Shown piece by piece: positions 10,908 through 26,201 of a stretch of 62,481 nt of DNA. How positions within the stretch are numbered: the first letter of the stretch is position 1; each line of letters begins with the position of its first letter. The position numbers and the translations under genes are program-made. Below the pieces are notes generated by a model, which did no database searches, had not been told where the DNA came from, and was given only the letters and a program-made list of their open reading frames with translations. The DNA lies in contig KZ538553.1 of the NCBI GenBank assembly GCA_000934665.2, forward strand, positions 1 through 62,481. Direction: 5' to 3'. This DNA comes from Catajapyx aquilonaris. Its lineage: Eukaryota.

Positions 10908-13900
10908 AAAATGAAACCGATGAATATTTCCGCAGGCTAGAGATGTAAGGTCGCGCAGAAGGAGACTCCAGTGACCTGACGTTGTCTGGGAGGAAAACCT
11001 TCCTAAGGAACCCAAAACGTGCTCTGGTTTTCGGCGAGACCTTTAGGGAAAAGTGGGAATTCGTGACCAAAATCTGCAGCAGTTACTTTGTATAAGGGGC
11101 ACCTTCTAGTATGCATACATATTTTGTCTCCGTGGAGTCATTTAGCCACTTTTTTTGCAACGAGGTTTTCAGATTTCTAGGATCTGCAATCTTCAGTTCC
11201 AAAAAAATGCATGACCTGTATGCACATACTTTATACTGAAGTACCGCGCAGATTCACATTTCCCTTTTTCTTTGCAAACAATTTTTATGAAGGAGGTAAA
11301 ACCGTGCTTGCTCAGGTCTTACAAGTTAGCATCTGACATCTCAGATTTTTACCTCAAAAGTCATCATCTCTGCCAAAAATCACTTTGAAAATGTTTGGTC
11401 CTCTTAAGGGCACGTCCCTCCCCACCCATCCTTCATTCCCTCCATCCCCTCCCAATTCCGCCAGCGATATGCAAACTTTGGTAGCAACCGCGGCCATCAA
11501 CTCGCCTGCTTTGTGTCCACAAATGCCGTTATCGAATTTGAGGTTTGTAGACTGGAGGGTGAAAAAATATTTTTCTGTTGACTCGAGTCTTTGGTGCCTG
11601 CGAGTTTGCACCCCACTCTTTCCCCCTTCCCCCTACCTATAGTCCAATAGGGGGACCACTACAGCACTTGAAAGCTGGCTGTAGATTCATTCATATACAT
11701 CACGACCTTGTTTGGTTAGGCCCAATGAAAGCTGTTCCCTCTGAAAGCCGAGAGAGATGCAGGGAGAGGGAGAGAGAAAAAAAATCAGCGAACACCTCAC
11801 TCTGCAAATATTACGACATAAACTGCTATTTTTTACTGAAGCCACTCCTTTTGTGCGAACGGGATTAAACGTGGCTGGCAATTTCTCTTGTGCTTTGGTA
11901 GGTGAAAAGAGGCTTAGGTGCAAAGCTGGATTCGTGTGCTGGGGTGTATGTATGGTATATAGAGCCGAAGGGGGGGACTGAACGAGAAAGCTATAACTGT
12001 CCAATATTAGTCGCGTTGCTGCATTGCCATTGTTGCTTTGCGCCGCATTGTTCAAGCTGGAAGTTTGACGGTTAATTATGTTATGAGGATTCATCATCAC
12101 TTATGCATGGAGAGGCAAAGCTGCCGCTTTTGGGCAAAAAGGTACATGCAAATGTAGTTTTTTTCGGTCTCGTTCAGAATACACGTGGGCTTTTAAGCAT
12201 GACGGTGGGTTCTGGCAGGGGAAAAAAGCTACATCCGTTAATAAAAGGGAACTCTGATATTTTTCCTCCAAAAACTGTATCTGCTGAGTGCATTTTGGCA
12301 GATCCCACTACCTATATAGATGCGTTGTTGAAACACAGCGGCAGGAAAACATTAATTATAGTTAGCTTACATTAGCTGACGCTATGTAGTTTTAGCAAAG
12401 CAGCTTTGTCCACAACCGTGACCTTTAGCTACCTAAGTGACTATTAATACTGAATACTACGTAAACAGGGCAGATTCTGGCTCAACAGATGTTGAATGTG
12501 TTCAGTAAGGCCCTATATGTGATTTGGACGTCAGTTTAATGTTGCTAAAGTGTGTGGCTCACCAGCATGTACTATAGTTCCATATATGCATCTATAAAGG
12601 CCTTATTTTCACAGCTGGTTAGGCAAGCGATCGCCGCAGTAATTTTTTCCCCCCACAGGAACACCCGGCCCAATTTGCGGAAGCTTTGTTAAAATATGCG
12701 CAGTTAACCGGGATCGCTTTCAATAATAAAATGAGCGAAAGATACGTAAAAAAAAAAGGTCGCTCTTCTGTGTGGACACCGTGCTGCATGGCATATATAT
12801 TTCAGCTCCATTAGCGCAATTGGCATTGTTGTGTGACCCCCTCCAGCGATGTGTTGGGTGTGTAAGGGACCCCGATGTACAATTTGTTGATGGACACTTG
12901 TAATCTGGCGAATGGAAAAGGTATCCCCCGGTAGGGATTTCAGGTCGCAATCTTTTGCGGGGAAGGTTATTTCCCTGGGAGGCTTGCCTTGCAGCAGGAG
13001 TGTGTTGACCGTTGGATATTGGATCGTGCTCGGAGCTGCGAGATAGCGGCTGCAGACTTGACTGAGGACTTCATCCGACTTTAGCCCACCCTCTCTCTGA
13101 GCCTGTGCCCTGACCACTGCACAGATAGGCGGACTTTGCCCCTGGGTTTTCGGCAGGGGGTCGACACGCATTTAGCCGGTTTTAAATCATTAGTCTTAGT
13201 GACAGTACTTAGTCTCTCTGAAGGGGATTTACCGAAAATTTATCGTGCCAGGAAAAGGCCAGAGGTGTATCATTGTTGGCACAGGGACCGGTTCGTACAT
13301 ATTAGCAACGAGATTCTGATCACGACCGAGGTGTTGGACCAACACAAAGTTGCCAAAATTATGTCTTTAAAACTAAAATTGCGTTATTTTTGTTTTTGCA
13401 GGTTAATCAACAATGCCCGTCCTAACCTTCTTCGACTTTTTTTTATCAAAAAAATTCTTATAGAACGGCTCTGTCCGTCCCTGGACAGGTATCAGGACCT
13501 AAGCCGCGAGAGATATCAACAAACGGTTTGCGGATTCGGATTCAGCGTCAATTTCCGGTTTTTCCAGGTTCACGCTATCCGCCAAGGTCTATACATGCGG
13601 TAAAAGTCTATACTCAAATCACACTCGCGTGATTTGCCAATCTTGTCTTACGATTGTTCACAGGCATGAAAATAAGCCTCCTTTTGTCTGATTTTACTCA
13701 TAAGCACCACACCTCTTAATTGCAGGCTACGTGTCGAGGTATACTGGGTTTTTATAGCGCCAATGGCACTTTGTCATCCAAGCACTACACCTGCAGAAAG
13801 TTATATCCCAATCGTGCTGGCCTGGACCTGCAGGTTAGCTATATACGTATATAGAGCAGGAAGGCAGAAAATAAGAGGAAATGAAGATGAATGAAACGCG

Positions 13901-16900
13901 ACGCTCTGAATTGCGGCTCCGGAAATAGGATTTTACGAGGCCTGCGACTTTATATTTGCGGGACGGAATTCATTGTCCTTTTTTTTACCATCCAGAAGTG
14001 GGGGGGACCTTGGGGCCAGGGAGGGACCGTCTTGAATGAAATATGCCAAGGGGTGAAATGAAAGCCAAACACATTATTTTCCTTAAATAATTCCATCTAA
14101 ATTCGCCCCGGGTAGTACAATGTATGAGCCCCCTTTGTGGAAACACGTTCTGAACCCGAAATTTCATAAATATACTGGCAAGTTCCGGGAGAGGGGGGGT
14201 CCACCTCTACCCCCGGTTTAAAGCCGGAGCAGCGCTTAAAAGCCTTTTATCGGTTAACCGGAAGCGTCCGTATCGCTTTGTAGTTTCCCACCACTTTGGG
14301 GGCGCCAAGGAACTTTCCCCTTCGGCACTTCCTCATTTTAATTAAATCCTACCCTCCCACTATCCATTTGGAAATGTTTGACATATGTGGGTACAGGTAC
14401 CTTGGATGTTTCAACGAAAAGATGTAACCTTACTCTTGTTTTTCCTGCCAGGCAATCCTATTTCATTTCCCATCCTAGAGCCCGGAGGGCATATGGGAAA
14501 GGGGTGCTGACCCATGGCAAATTACCAATTAAATTGCGCTGCTGAAAAGCTCCGGGGCGCACGAATATTATGCTTTTATCTATCTCATTTTTCCTCCAAA
14601 ATGAGGCCAGCCTGCTTTGCAAATATGTGCCGTATTGCATCATATATACTGGGCAGGTTTTTAGCGTTTTGTACTGCAGCCAGGGGTAGCTGTTGCCACA
14701 AAAAAATGCTCCAGTTATGAAAGTTAATATCGGAACATAGTAGAAAACTGGATTCCTGATAAGTCGTTGCCTAGTGAGCTGTGGCATGTCATACACTTGA
14801 ATGGACTCCTGGCAAAATTAATATTTTGGTCTCTTATGAAGATCAGAAGGTAACTACGGGATAGATCAGCAGTAACAGCATGTCCTGCTATGTCTAATTT
14901 AATTAATATTTTAGACGTTTAATCTGAGCAATTGCAACAGGTTGCCGATATGAATGCAGACCTGTATGCTGAAGAGACGAAAGGAAAAGTTTATCCTGAC
15001 TATTCAGGGCAATCCCGCAACGCTCTCTTGTGCAACGGGCTGTCTAGCAGACAGGATGAAACTTCTCTGAACTGGTGCAACCCAGATTTCCCCTAGACGG
15101 TACTGCGTGGGGCCAATTTTTTTTTTGAAATAAATATATAAGGCTTTTAATGAGTGACTCTCAGAGCCTTTTAGCGTCGAAAAGTGTCTTGATATGTGCC
15201 GAATAGACTTTTAAGCGCAAGTCAATTAGGGTCTTCCTGATGGAGGACGCTTTGGCAAGTTGGCCAGTAATCGCATTTTTTTTTCTTGTAAAAGGTGCAA
15301 TGCTGGTAGTCGGAAATGAGTGCACGCCAACTCTGAAGCGTTAATGAAACCTTCAAAGGGCTGGAAGCGTTTGTGCATTACTGTTACGCCTTCGGCCTTC
15401 ATTACGACCAATTTGGCGCCGGGTAGGGAGGTCAACAAAAATGCGGACTATTTATTGAAAATTAATTTGAGCGAATGGACCGTAGGTGTGCCCTTTTTTT
15501 GTGCGTGAAGTATAACCATCAGTCGCATTAGATTGGAAATTGGGATTTTATATGCCATTGGCCAGCATTGTTGGATAAGGTGTTACGTTGCATGCGTCAC
15601 GTTGAAGTTGGTCGTTTGTTCGAAGCTCTTTTTACTTTAAGCACTGCTGAACAATAGGCTGCTGATTGGATATATTCCTATGTTGCTTTTGACCAAATTT
15701 GTTGGTTGTGATGTCATTAAGAGGCTCCGACAGGCGGAGTGCAGCAGGCATTGTGCCTGACACGGTCGGTCGTATTTCTTCAGAGTGTCCGAAATCTGCT
15801 CATTCATCCTGGCTTTTGTCCAGAAGGGCCAGAGTGGAAGCTGCGTAAGGGATTGGACGCCACCGATACGGCTCCCCTCATCTCATCCGGGAAAATCCGG
15901 GATGCGGGAGGGGTCTTAGTGCGGCTTCATAAGCTGAGCCTTTCTCTCCCCCCCCCCCCTCTCTGCACTACTGCTTGCAGGGGGAGGTAGGTATAATATG
16001 GTTCTAGCTCACAGATTTTCTTGGTCCCAGCGGGAGGTTTTCTATACTGTGATCCGGGGGACACACCCAAATTTTGGGAAATTATACCTCACCTACAACC
16101 GCCCCCATAAGCCTCCTTTTATATACGGAGAGAGACAAAAATGCGGGAGATTAATTACAGTCTGCAGGAGATAAAGTTCTCCCCTTGGTTCCTGAACTTT
16201 TGGGGAGAAGATGGATGGTTTGAAGGAAGGAGGCGGCCCGGGGGCAGGGGGGGTAGGGTGGAGAAGAAAAAAAAATGTAGGAGAAAAGGTCGACTCTGAA
16301 ACTTGTGGTGTCTTGGATGACTAAAGGGCCCCAATTTTTAACCCGGGTTCTGTCTCGTTTGTTGACATCCGGGCAGGCCATTGTTGGTCCCTGTCGGCGG
16401 GAAATGGAAACCGGGGAGGCCCGATGATGGATCTGCTTCTTGGCAAACTTTGATCAAACCAAGCCGCAGCCCGTTTGCAGTAATTGAAAGCCTGAGCTTC
16501 TGTATAACACAGGATTGCGCCCCAGCAATTGTTGTAATTGCCGGTATAGTCCTCTCGATAAACACCAGTGTTCCGTAATACACATTTTGGCTTGATTATA
16601 CCACTGCGCGACTGCGTTTTGCAACGTATTTGCAGTTAATTGTTTGGCATTGTAAATTAGATGCGTGCTTGCCGGGACCCAATATTTGTAGTACTGCGCT
16701 GGCAAACACTACATACTGTAATTAACAAAGCTGAATGGAGGGTGCGTGGTTTACAAGCGGCTTAATAGCACTAAGGTCAACCGCAAAGTAAGTGCGCATA
16801 TAAATGAGAATGTATACGACCACATTGTATAGGAGCAGTGCATAGAATAATTACTCCGCATTAATATTCTTGAGCAAATGTGACCAGAGAGAAAGCTTAG

Positions 16901-17863
16901 CGAGAGAGAAATCTGAGCTCTGTATATATGGCTCCCAGGTCGCTCTTTTTGCACAGGATATTGATTCTCGTCTGCCAACTTGATGGCAGATCAGAGTCAT
17001 ATATATTTTCGCTTATCGGCAAGTGCAAGTGGCGATTCTAGGCTCCCCGAAACCCGTCCCTCCCCCAAACGGCAGACACATCCAGCGGATATACGAGGGG
17101 AAATGAGGGGGCGGTCGTTACTCTAGGAATAGATCGTTCAGGGAAATGGGAAAAGAGCCTGGCTGAGCCAAAAAGGCGGGAAATTATTGGGCTAAAATGT
17201 ACGATTAAAATCATTAACGCCGGCTAAATAATTTCGAATTAGCTCTGTCTTTATCATCGACCCGCTCTGCTGGGGATTGCACCCATTCTGGGTTACATGC
17301 TATGCATTGTAAGAGGGCTTTCCAGGGTGGTGAACTTGGAACATGGACAGACAACCACCCTGTAGTACGCTATAGAATGGTCACCTGCATGAGGTGGTTT
17401 TGCTATATGGTGACCTAAATTGCTAGCCGTACTCTGAAACTGACCTAACCCTCTCTGGTAATTAATTCTGTACCCGAGAGGCGCGGAATTCGACACTGTT
17501 TGCAGGTTGGTCTGGCTCAAACCCTATATGTGCTGCAGTTACGTACAGTATGCACAGTGCGCACTAAAGTTTAAACAAAAGCCCGCAGTAATATCCAGTA
17601 ACTCCACTGTATAACATTACCCTCACGTATTTATAAACCACGATAATGGTGGTTTAGGCAGCTAATTCAGCGTGTTGTTTACAAAATATACGCAGTACAT
17701 GTATGCATCGAGTGTGTTGCTGGAAAAGGAAATTAAAGCCATCTTATGACTCATATACGGCACTGAGGCATATGCAAGGAACGAAACTCAGTGCCTGCCA
17801 TAATATTTGCATGATTGTACTGTACAAAATGTATAATACACGTGCAATGAGGATTCGAGGGTA

Positions 17864-18082
17864 CTAGTGAACCCGGTGCTAAAATTTGGCAAAACCGATT
17901 ATCAGCAAAACAGTGACAAACAACTTGAATGAGATGGCCCGCCGATTTACCACGTAGTACTATTCTTCACGCATATGTGGCGCATATTCCCTCTGCACAC
18001 TCCTGCCACACTCAGGTCTGCGAGAGATACTAACACGTCGGACAAACATCTGACGGAGAGAATAAGCCTATTAGGAGAAAGA
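17864..18082 (-). mobile_element. Short non-autonomous Helitron-like repeat, copy 1
   Basis: Aligns by eye with the copies at 23.6, 25.9 and 60.8 kb. On the minus strand it starts A^TC, ends CTAG^T, and has a subterminal palindrome near the 3' end. Confidence 0.7.
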
Positions 18083-21000
18083 TGTGATATTATTACGACG
18101 CGCATGTGCACGACCAGTACCTCCAATTGGCCCAGCAGTTTCCTCAAATCCGGGCCTGAACATTTCTGCAGATCAGAGAACCCGATCACATCAATCCAAT
18201 GCGTGTTAAAGCTTAACCGGGCGTCGTAATTGGGCCCACCAGCAACTAGCCCCATCAGTTCGGCTTTCAGGAATCAGGCAGGCTGCAAGGGCGTTCAAAC
18301 TCACGCCATTTTGGCTCCCCCCCCCCCTCCCTCCGCTCTGCTGTGATCCAGCTCATTTAGTGCCTGCAGCCGTCTTAACAAGTTGACTCTGGCAGTTTAC
18401 ACTCGGGCCCCGGACTTGGGAAGTAGTGTTGCATCTGGCACGTTGCGCTTAATTCCGCATCGCTGCCTGCATGCCAGGCCTTGTTCCGCAAAACTTTACG
18501 GACACCGCAGATAATTGCACTTGCCGAAAGTTGAGCCCGAGTCGACTCCGCACATAAAAGGTGGTCTGTATGTATGAAATGTGTGCTAAATGGGTGCATT
18601 AAGGGACTGCCTAAAAGAGCCGGGATTTTGTAACAGTTGGCTTGCATGGCAAGATGTTATCAGTCTTCAGGAAGACAATCTGGCTGATCTTTACTTCGCG
18701 GAGGTGCGGGCGGCACGTTTTGTGGACCGAACGTTATTGTGGCTTCGCCATGACGAGATGCATTATTCGGACGCGCTCTATGAACTTCCCCGCGCCTCCA
18801 CCCCGATTCCAGCCACTTCGTCGCGTAGGAAAGATCTTCCTATACAATCGGGGGTGTCTTAGAAGTTGATGGAATCTGCCGAGTACTGATATATGACTGA
18901 GAGTAAAGCCCTGGCTGCTTCTCTATCAAGGGAAATCTTTCACTGACAAAGAAGGGATTAGAGTCCGGGGGGGTTTTGAAGGATGAAAACTCGGGAGTAA
19001 TTATTGCAAAAGTGGTCTCGTCTCGTGCCCTCGCCTTTCCTTTATCCCTGTTCCAAGGCGGTGCTGACATGTATATCAAGTAGGATTTCCATCCCCGCAC
19101 AAAATACTGCTCCTGGGGTAACACTACCAGTGATGTCGGACGGTTTCCAAAAGGGCTTTACAGCCCGGATTTAAGTTATGGCTGTTTGCGAGCAGGCTGA
19201 GGAGGCCCAGGGATTTACCTGCATTAAGGTGCGCGGGAGTTGGGAGAATCCGGATTCATGCCCGGATGCCACTGATGCAAAAATAATCGCAATAGTTTTT
19301 GCAAAACACTCTGAATGGTTCCCAGCAGTTTTTTGCGTGGTTTCATTTGGTGGTCCCCTTGGGAAATAACCGGTGATTTACAGCTTGTAAAAGAGCCATC
19401 GAGTCCTTCGGAATAAAACTTCTTTTTTTTATTTGGCGTCCCGGAAAGGCTCTCTCCCACGTCACTTTTATGGTCCGGAGCGTCGCATTTTCCGGGACTG
19501 CGGTCGCCGGATTTTACTCAGTGGTGTTGTGGGCTGCATCAGTGCATAGTACATAAAATGAGGGCAGGTATACGCTTCTGTACACGTTGCTGCTTTGTTG
19601 CATCCTCCCCTGACCCATATAGCATGCCTACATCAATCTCTTTTGCACCAAATCTTGCAGATGCGAAAATCTCTGCGACTCCTGTTCTGAATGGAATTAT
19701 GTATGTTCTGACTCCATACGGTGTCGGAGAGAGCAGGAGACAACACTGTAGCTTTTAACTTTTTTTGCTGAGAAAAAAACTGGGGATGTGATTTAGTTAG
19801 GATTAGCTCCAAAGCACATATAGAACCGGGCCGTATCTCTGGGCCGCAGAGAGAGCCGGATTCTAACTTTTTGCCATTGTTCTAAAAGAGCTCTCCGGAA
19901 ACCACTCTTTCCGTTCTTGCTGGTCTGTGCGGAATTAAACGGGGCCTAAGAACGAGGAATGAGTGACAGCCCTATTTTCCGAGGAAGGCGGGCCCCCCAC
20001 GCTCCTTAAAAGAAGAGAAAAAAAAGAAGGAAGAAAAAAAAACGTGGTGGTTTCCTTTCTCTACGATTCCCCCATTTTTTATGGGAACGCTTGAGATTGA
20101 AGCTAAATTGATTTCTGGGATTGAGTAATAGTGTGTGCAAGATATGCTCTGCAAACCTTTCTTATCTTAAAGTTGGTATTGCTTCGATTTGCATAAACAG
20201 AGATTCCTATTTTTGGAAAATGGTTTGATAATTTTTTTTTGTTGAAATGTGATCTTTTTGTTAAAGATTGTCCGAATATTTCGTGCATTTTGACTGCCTA
20301 CTATACTAACCAAATACTGATCGCATAATTATTAAATAATATTTTTGCTGCCGGTACTGTTACATAATGGAATTGATATCCGACGGTATAATCAGAACAT
20401 TCTAGTAATGGCTTGGCTGATTACGGATAGAATTCGATACGATTGTAGGAAGTAGCTAAATCCGGTTGATTAGGAGGTAGCGTATAACTCGTGCGACGTC
20501 GGAAATAAAAATCGATTCGTCATTTAATAGCCAGTGACACTCTGTTCGCCTTTATTTTCGCTTACAATGGATTTCGTTCCTCAAGAGAAAAAATGTGCCT
20601 CGACAGCATCGTACTAAACATGAGCCGCATGCTTTAACGACTTCGGAGTCTCGAGTTAAATCCCAAACGGTGCCAATTACTTTTTTTTTCTGGAGATATG
20701 TCCTGGAGCTACTGTCGAGCTAGTTTTTCAGTAAAAGTGAAAAAGACATTTAGACATACTGTACGGACGGATTTACAGTTCTGAGCAAATCAATACCATC
20801 CCACAAGAATATACACAAATGCACTTCCATTTGTCGAGAAGTGCTTCGCCATAAAATTCAGCAGCTCAACACGTGCGTGATAATTATATGTGCCGATAAA
20901 TATGTATTTACGTAATGTTAGTGCTGTGTCCTATGGGCAAATTGATACGTGCAGTTACTTTTTTTTACAGTCAATTACCAAGCCATCTCGATTATTTTGC

Positions 21001-23624
21001 CTTATCCAAGTTCACGGCTGTGTAATCATGAATCGGCAATTATGACCTTTTCATGTATCTACGTGCGTCGCCAATCTTTGCAAATTTGACGTTCGTTTCA
21101 TGACATAAATTTTGCGAAACCGGTAATAAAAGCGGGCCTAAAAATAGCCGGTCGCAAATTGGACGCTACCAGTGACTGTGTGTATGGAAAATTCTGTCGG
21201 ACAGAGTCTGTTATTCGCTTTTTGGGTGTTTGTCACGCTCATACAGATTCGCTGATATGTGAATGCGCAGATTAATGGGAGACCAGGAGCCCCTCCCCTG
21301 TGATCGGATAGTTGCATCCCTTTGACAGGATATTCTACGCTGGGAAATTGCGCTTTGTCCCAAAAAATAACGCATCCTGCCTCAAAGGCCCGGCTGGAAA
21401 AATATTCCCAGCGGTTTTTTTTTCCCCCCTCCCAGTCTGCCCCCGGAATGAATTGGGTTTTCCTCTCTATATATGTCAGTTCATTTGTGGACACGTCCAG
21501 AATTGCGGGGCCTAACTGTTTCCCAGGGCCAATTTGTCAAGAGAGGAGCCCACGGTCGAGCCGGTCGTTCGTTGAAATGTAGCACTGGAAATACAGTTGG
21601 GCCTGGAGTAAAAAGTCATCCGGTCCTATATATGCAGTATTTTGAGCCAAAGCGTTGTAATTAAAAAGAGGGCATCTGACTTGTTTCAGAATTTTTGAAG
21701 CACTCTTTGATCACGGGTTTGGAAAGGAGAGGCGGAAAGGCTGGCAAGTGGCCATCGTCCAAATGAGATCAACTTACCAATTACTGCTGCCTGGGTGGGT
21801 GTCAATACAGCTCGTTTTTTAAAAAAAAAAAAAAACTTCCGGAGTAGTTTATACTGATGCAGGGAAGAAATGTAGAACATGCTCTAAATGAATTTTTTAA
21901 ATTAGCGCAACCGAATGCGCAACACAGTTCGCGCAAATTGTTTCCAACACTTGTAGAGGTACCAATATGGCCGACTTTTGCGATGGAACGAACCGCAAGT
22001 GTGGGTGCGCACTCGGTTGCATTCGTAAAAAAAAATCATCAATATAAGTCTAAAATGGGGGGAAAAAATGGCCTGATGTTCCAATCTAAGGTTCCAATGT
22101 TATGGTAGTACGCAGCCCGTTGTTATAAACTTGGGCGTATAATATTACGGGTTTGTTTTATGCATGCCTATCAAAATGCAATGATGTGTGAACCGTGGGT
22201 GCACAATCCGGGCGTGTCCGTTGATGAAATAATTCAACCCATGCACGTCCACGGGCCCTCCCAAGTTAGATTAGTTTGCTCACTTCGTATTTGGTAAACA
22301 AAGCCCCCCCACTTTCATCAGCAGTTGGGGATATATGTGCGAGTGACGTGTTTGGTTTTTAGGGTGGGTGGGGATATGGCGAGGTGATGATCCCCCCCAG
22401 CCACCCCACCGTACCCATCTATCCATATTTAGTGGGAGGGATCGCCTTTGTTGCGGGTTTTTTGGGAGAGGCATCCATCACGCGCTGGTATTCCATCCCT
22501 TAATTGACTGCATTTAAAATGCGGCTTTATTATGAGTGCTATCATGTTGACCTTGCATTGTCATGGGATGTCCAGCAGGCGTCATGCTGGAAAAAAAAGT
22601 GTAATTATTAACTCCATGGCGTGCTCCATGGTAAACATCACCGCTTCCTTATACTACGCTTTTTTTTAATTTGGTCACGTGAATCAAATCAGCCCAAAAT
22701 ATGCATGCTAATAGTCCATAGGACTCAGATGTGTATATTTAGATCACGTGCTGGCGACTGCTGCGTGAGGCGGAGTGGAAAAAAAAAATAACGAATTGAA
22801 ATGAGCTTAGGACTAAATCAGAGTAAGCCGGCTGCCAAGTTCCGCAAGAGTGAGAGCGCCTGAGTTTGATTTGCATAAACACGGCTTCAAATAGGATGCC
22901 AGGGACGGCCTACGGAATGGAAATGTAAAAGCAACGAATCAATGCTGCTTGTAAAAAAAAAAATGAGTTTGGAAAATATTCTCTCTGATAGTAAACATTT
23001 TTTTTTGTGGTCCTGACCCATCATATTTAAAAATCCATCCCGTGTGAATATCCACTTATGGGTGAGTCTCTTCCCCCGCATTTAATTTTGCTTCCCATCA
23101 GCTTATCCTCCATGTTATCACGGTGGGGTGATGAGGCTTTTTGTTCCGTGACACCGAAACTCATCCACCGAACTGCATTGGATTTGAATTTCCGATATAT
23201 ACACATACACGGGAGGGGTATATATGGTTCCAATCCCGGGGTCGCACCGTCGCCGCCACTCTTCGGCCACACTGCTAATTCTGTTTGATTGTTAACATGC
23301 GCACGGGGGAATTGGAGGACATGTCCTACACGTCGCATCTGCTGAGAGGGATCCGCCGAAGATATTTGGGTTGGAAAGGGGATGGCTTATCCGAAAACCC
23401 GTACGCAAATATTGCAGGTTCCCGCCCTTTCCCTGTTCATCCGGTCGAATTAGGGAACGGAGCCGAAGGAATTATCCGGACGAAAGTGCGGTGCGTTCAG
23501 ATCACCCCGAACATGCAGGAATTTCTGAAATGTCAGAACGACATTTCGTACACATTGGAATATTACGTTTAGAAATAATTTAAAAAATCATCATTCATAA
23601 TAATTTGTAGTTACCATGATAATA

Positions 23625-23843
23625 TTTCTCCTGAAAGGCTTATTCCCTCCGTCGGATGTTTGTCCGACCTGATAGTATCGCTACCTCTCGCATCACCTGA
23701 GGGTGGCAGGAGTGTGCACCATCTATGTGTGAAGAATAGTACTATACATTGTAACTCGGTGGGTCATCTCATTAAAGTCGTTTGAGTGTCACTGCTATAC
23801 TGATTATATAGGTTTTGCCAAATTTTGGCAACGGGTTCACTAG
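23625..23843 (+). mobile_element. Short non-autonomous Helitron-like repeat, copy 2 (opposite orientation)
   Basis: Ends TTGCCAAATTTTGGCAA-CGGGTTCA-CTAG^T and has the internal hairpin GTCGGATGTTTGTCCGAC. Confidence 0.7.
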
Positions 23844-25931
23844 TCAACCATATTGGACATGCAGCCAGCGTAAAATTTTTAGTTTAAATTTAAATGAAGG
23901 TACTCTGTACAGACAGTGCAATTCTGTTCCCTCCTAACGACGCGTAAAATGACTTGCAAGCAAACTGTTGCCAAATTTTGTGGCATACCAGACCTGGAAT
24001 AATTGCAAAACTTCAACTTCCGAAACGAGCTAGGAAGCCATAGGAAATACTGTCGCTTTTGCATAAGATATTTATCTAGCAGTAAAAGCAATCTCGACGG
24101 ATAACACTACCCTGCGAAATTTTTAAGCATTGTAGGGTACTCTAATTATTTTGTATTGCAACGTTTATTGAACGAATGAGTAATGAAGTTCTGGTTCCAT
24201 GGCATGATCCGCATTACCATCAGGGAGAGAGAGGAAGACACTTACCGTGATTGCAATGTTTGGAACGTTTCCATGCATCTTTTTTTGGAAGGGAATAGTT
24301 TTTTTTGGGGGGTTGCTGATTAGACCAATTGCACGACACATCAACGACAACATGATGGATGAACTGCTGAAATTGATACGCCTATTACGTGAAATTACGA
24401 AGTACTCTAATTATCCAGCGCACACGCCCCCTGTGTCAGTACGAATCAACCATCATTTTCAACCGTATATATACCAGTCCTCTTCTTATATAGCCACCAC
24501 AGTTGGAGTAATTAATTCGAGGATCGCAATTATCAAATGGGTAGACGGGGAGGCTCTTTTGCAGCAAAGTTCTTTTTCATTACCCCCTCCCCGCCCTTCA
24601 ACTGTTAATTTCAGACGTCACGGGGTATTTTCCTTGGCTGGAGCACGCGTTCTGTTATCTGGGAAGTGCATTCGTATGCTAACCAACAAATGCTTTTAAT
24701 TAATTCGCCCGTTTATTTCTCGGGGCACGCGTTTGTCTCGCCCAACTTGTCGCCATATTCCCCTTTTACGCCTCCTCTCGCCCCTTCCGTTTCCAAATAT
24801 ATATGGCCCATTTGCTAAGAATTTAATCTTGGGATATCGCCCGCAAAATTGTTTTTAGTAGCGGAACTCACGCTGCAGTTTTTGAGCTCAGCTTTTGATC
24901 GTACTTCATTTTTGATGAGCTGGGTTCACACTGGCTTTGTCTATGGGTCGGTGTGGTTAAGATCAGCCAAACAGCGCCGACCAAAGATATTGTACAAATT
25001 CTAATGTGAATCGGTTTAGTGAAGAAGAAGAAAATCCCAATAGCGATGGGCATTATTAGTAGGACATGAAGCATGCTAACCCTATGTAAAATAATCCAAT
25101 AATAATTTCCGCTTCTTGTCATAATTACGCGCATTAGGGGTAGGTCGATGAGGCATAATAAATTTTATCATTATTATTCCGTGCGTGGGACTGCCTCCCC
25201 GTGGATATTCCGCGTACAAGTTTTACAGTGACGTGGACATGCTGCAATGTTTATTGAATCCACGTAATTTGCATAGGATTGGCATTACCTCCAGAGAAGC
25301 CCCCCTTTGTATAGATGGTGTGAGTGCCCCAATTAATTCCGCAATAAGTCCTGGGCTGATAAGGTCTCTCCTGTAAAAGCAAGACGTAATGAATCTAACC
25401 CTGAGAAGCATTTTGAAGCGCTGCTGGGGAAGTCTAGATAGGCGGCCCCGGGATGGAATTAATTACGATAAGAAGGATTTATAAAGCAAGAGTCAACATC
25501 CTCAGGGTTGGGGAGACCGGTTGTTTTTTTTTTTTTTTTAACTCCAGATATTCTCACTTCTTGACCCGGTTCAGATTTTCGGGTGCTGGGGAACAAGGCG
25601 AGGGAGGACAGGATTTAATTTCTTGCCCCTGGGTGTCATGCAAATTGGGCCAATTCTCCCACACACTAATTAACGGAGTTTCAGCTGCGGTTTCCCATCA
25701 CGCCGGAGTATATATACGCGGCGGTAATGTGACTGGAGCCCAGGATTTACAGGCACCATCAAGCCGTTTCCGTTTCCATCCTGTTTTATCCGGGAGATAT
25801 ATATTTTTATGTGCACGGAGCAGAACTATGCTAAATGGATGAAATGTTCTCGCCATATTATTTAATGTATTTAATTAAAATTCGAGCCGAACAATTCACT
25901 CTGAATTTTTTTTCCATCTAATATTTGAGCA

Positions 25932-26201
25932 TTAATGAACCCGTTGCCAAAATTTGGCAAAACATTTACGCATTACCGGTATGTCTAAGATGCAGTATTT
26001 TATCCGTCTTGAATATGACAGCGACAATCAAACAATTTTAATGAGACGGCCCGCCGATTTACTACGTAGTACGATATTTCACTCATAGATGGCGCATACT
26101 CTCTTTGCACACTCCTGCCACACTCAGGTCGTGCGAAAGATAGCAATACTATCCTGTCGGACAAACATCCGACGGAGAGAATAAGGCTATTAGGAGAAAG
26201 A
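25932..26201 (-). mobile_element. Short non-autonomous Helitron-like repeat, copy 3
   Basis: Shares TGAACCCGTTGCCAAAATTTGGCAAAAC, GCACACTCCTGCCACACTCAGGTC and GTCGGACAAACATCCGACGGAGAGAATAAG with the other copies. The CTAG end is mutated. Confidence 0.7.
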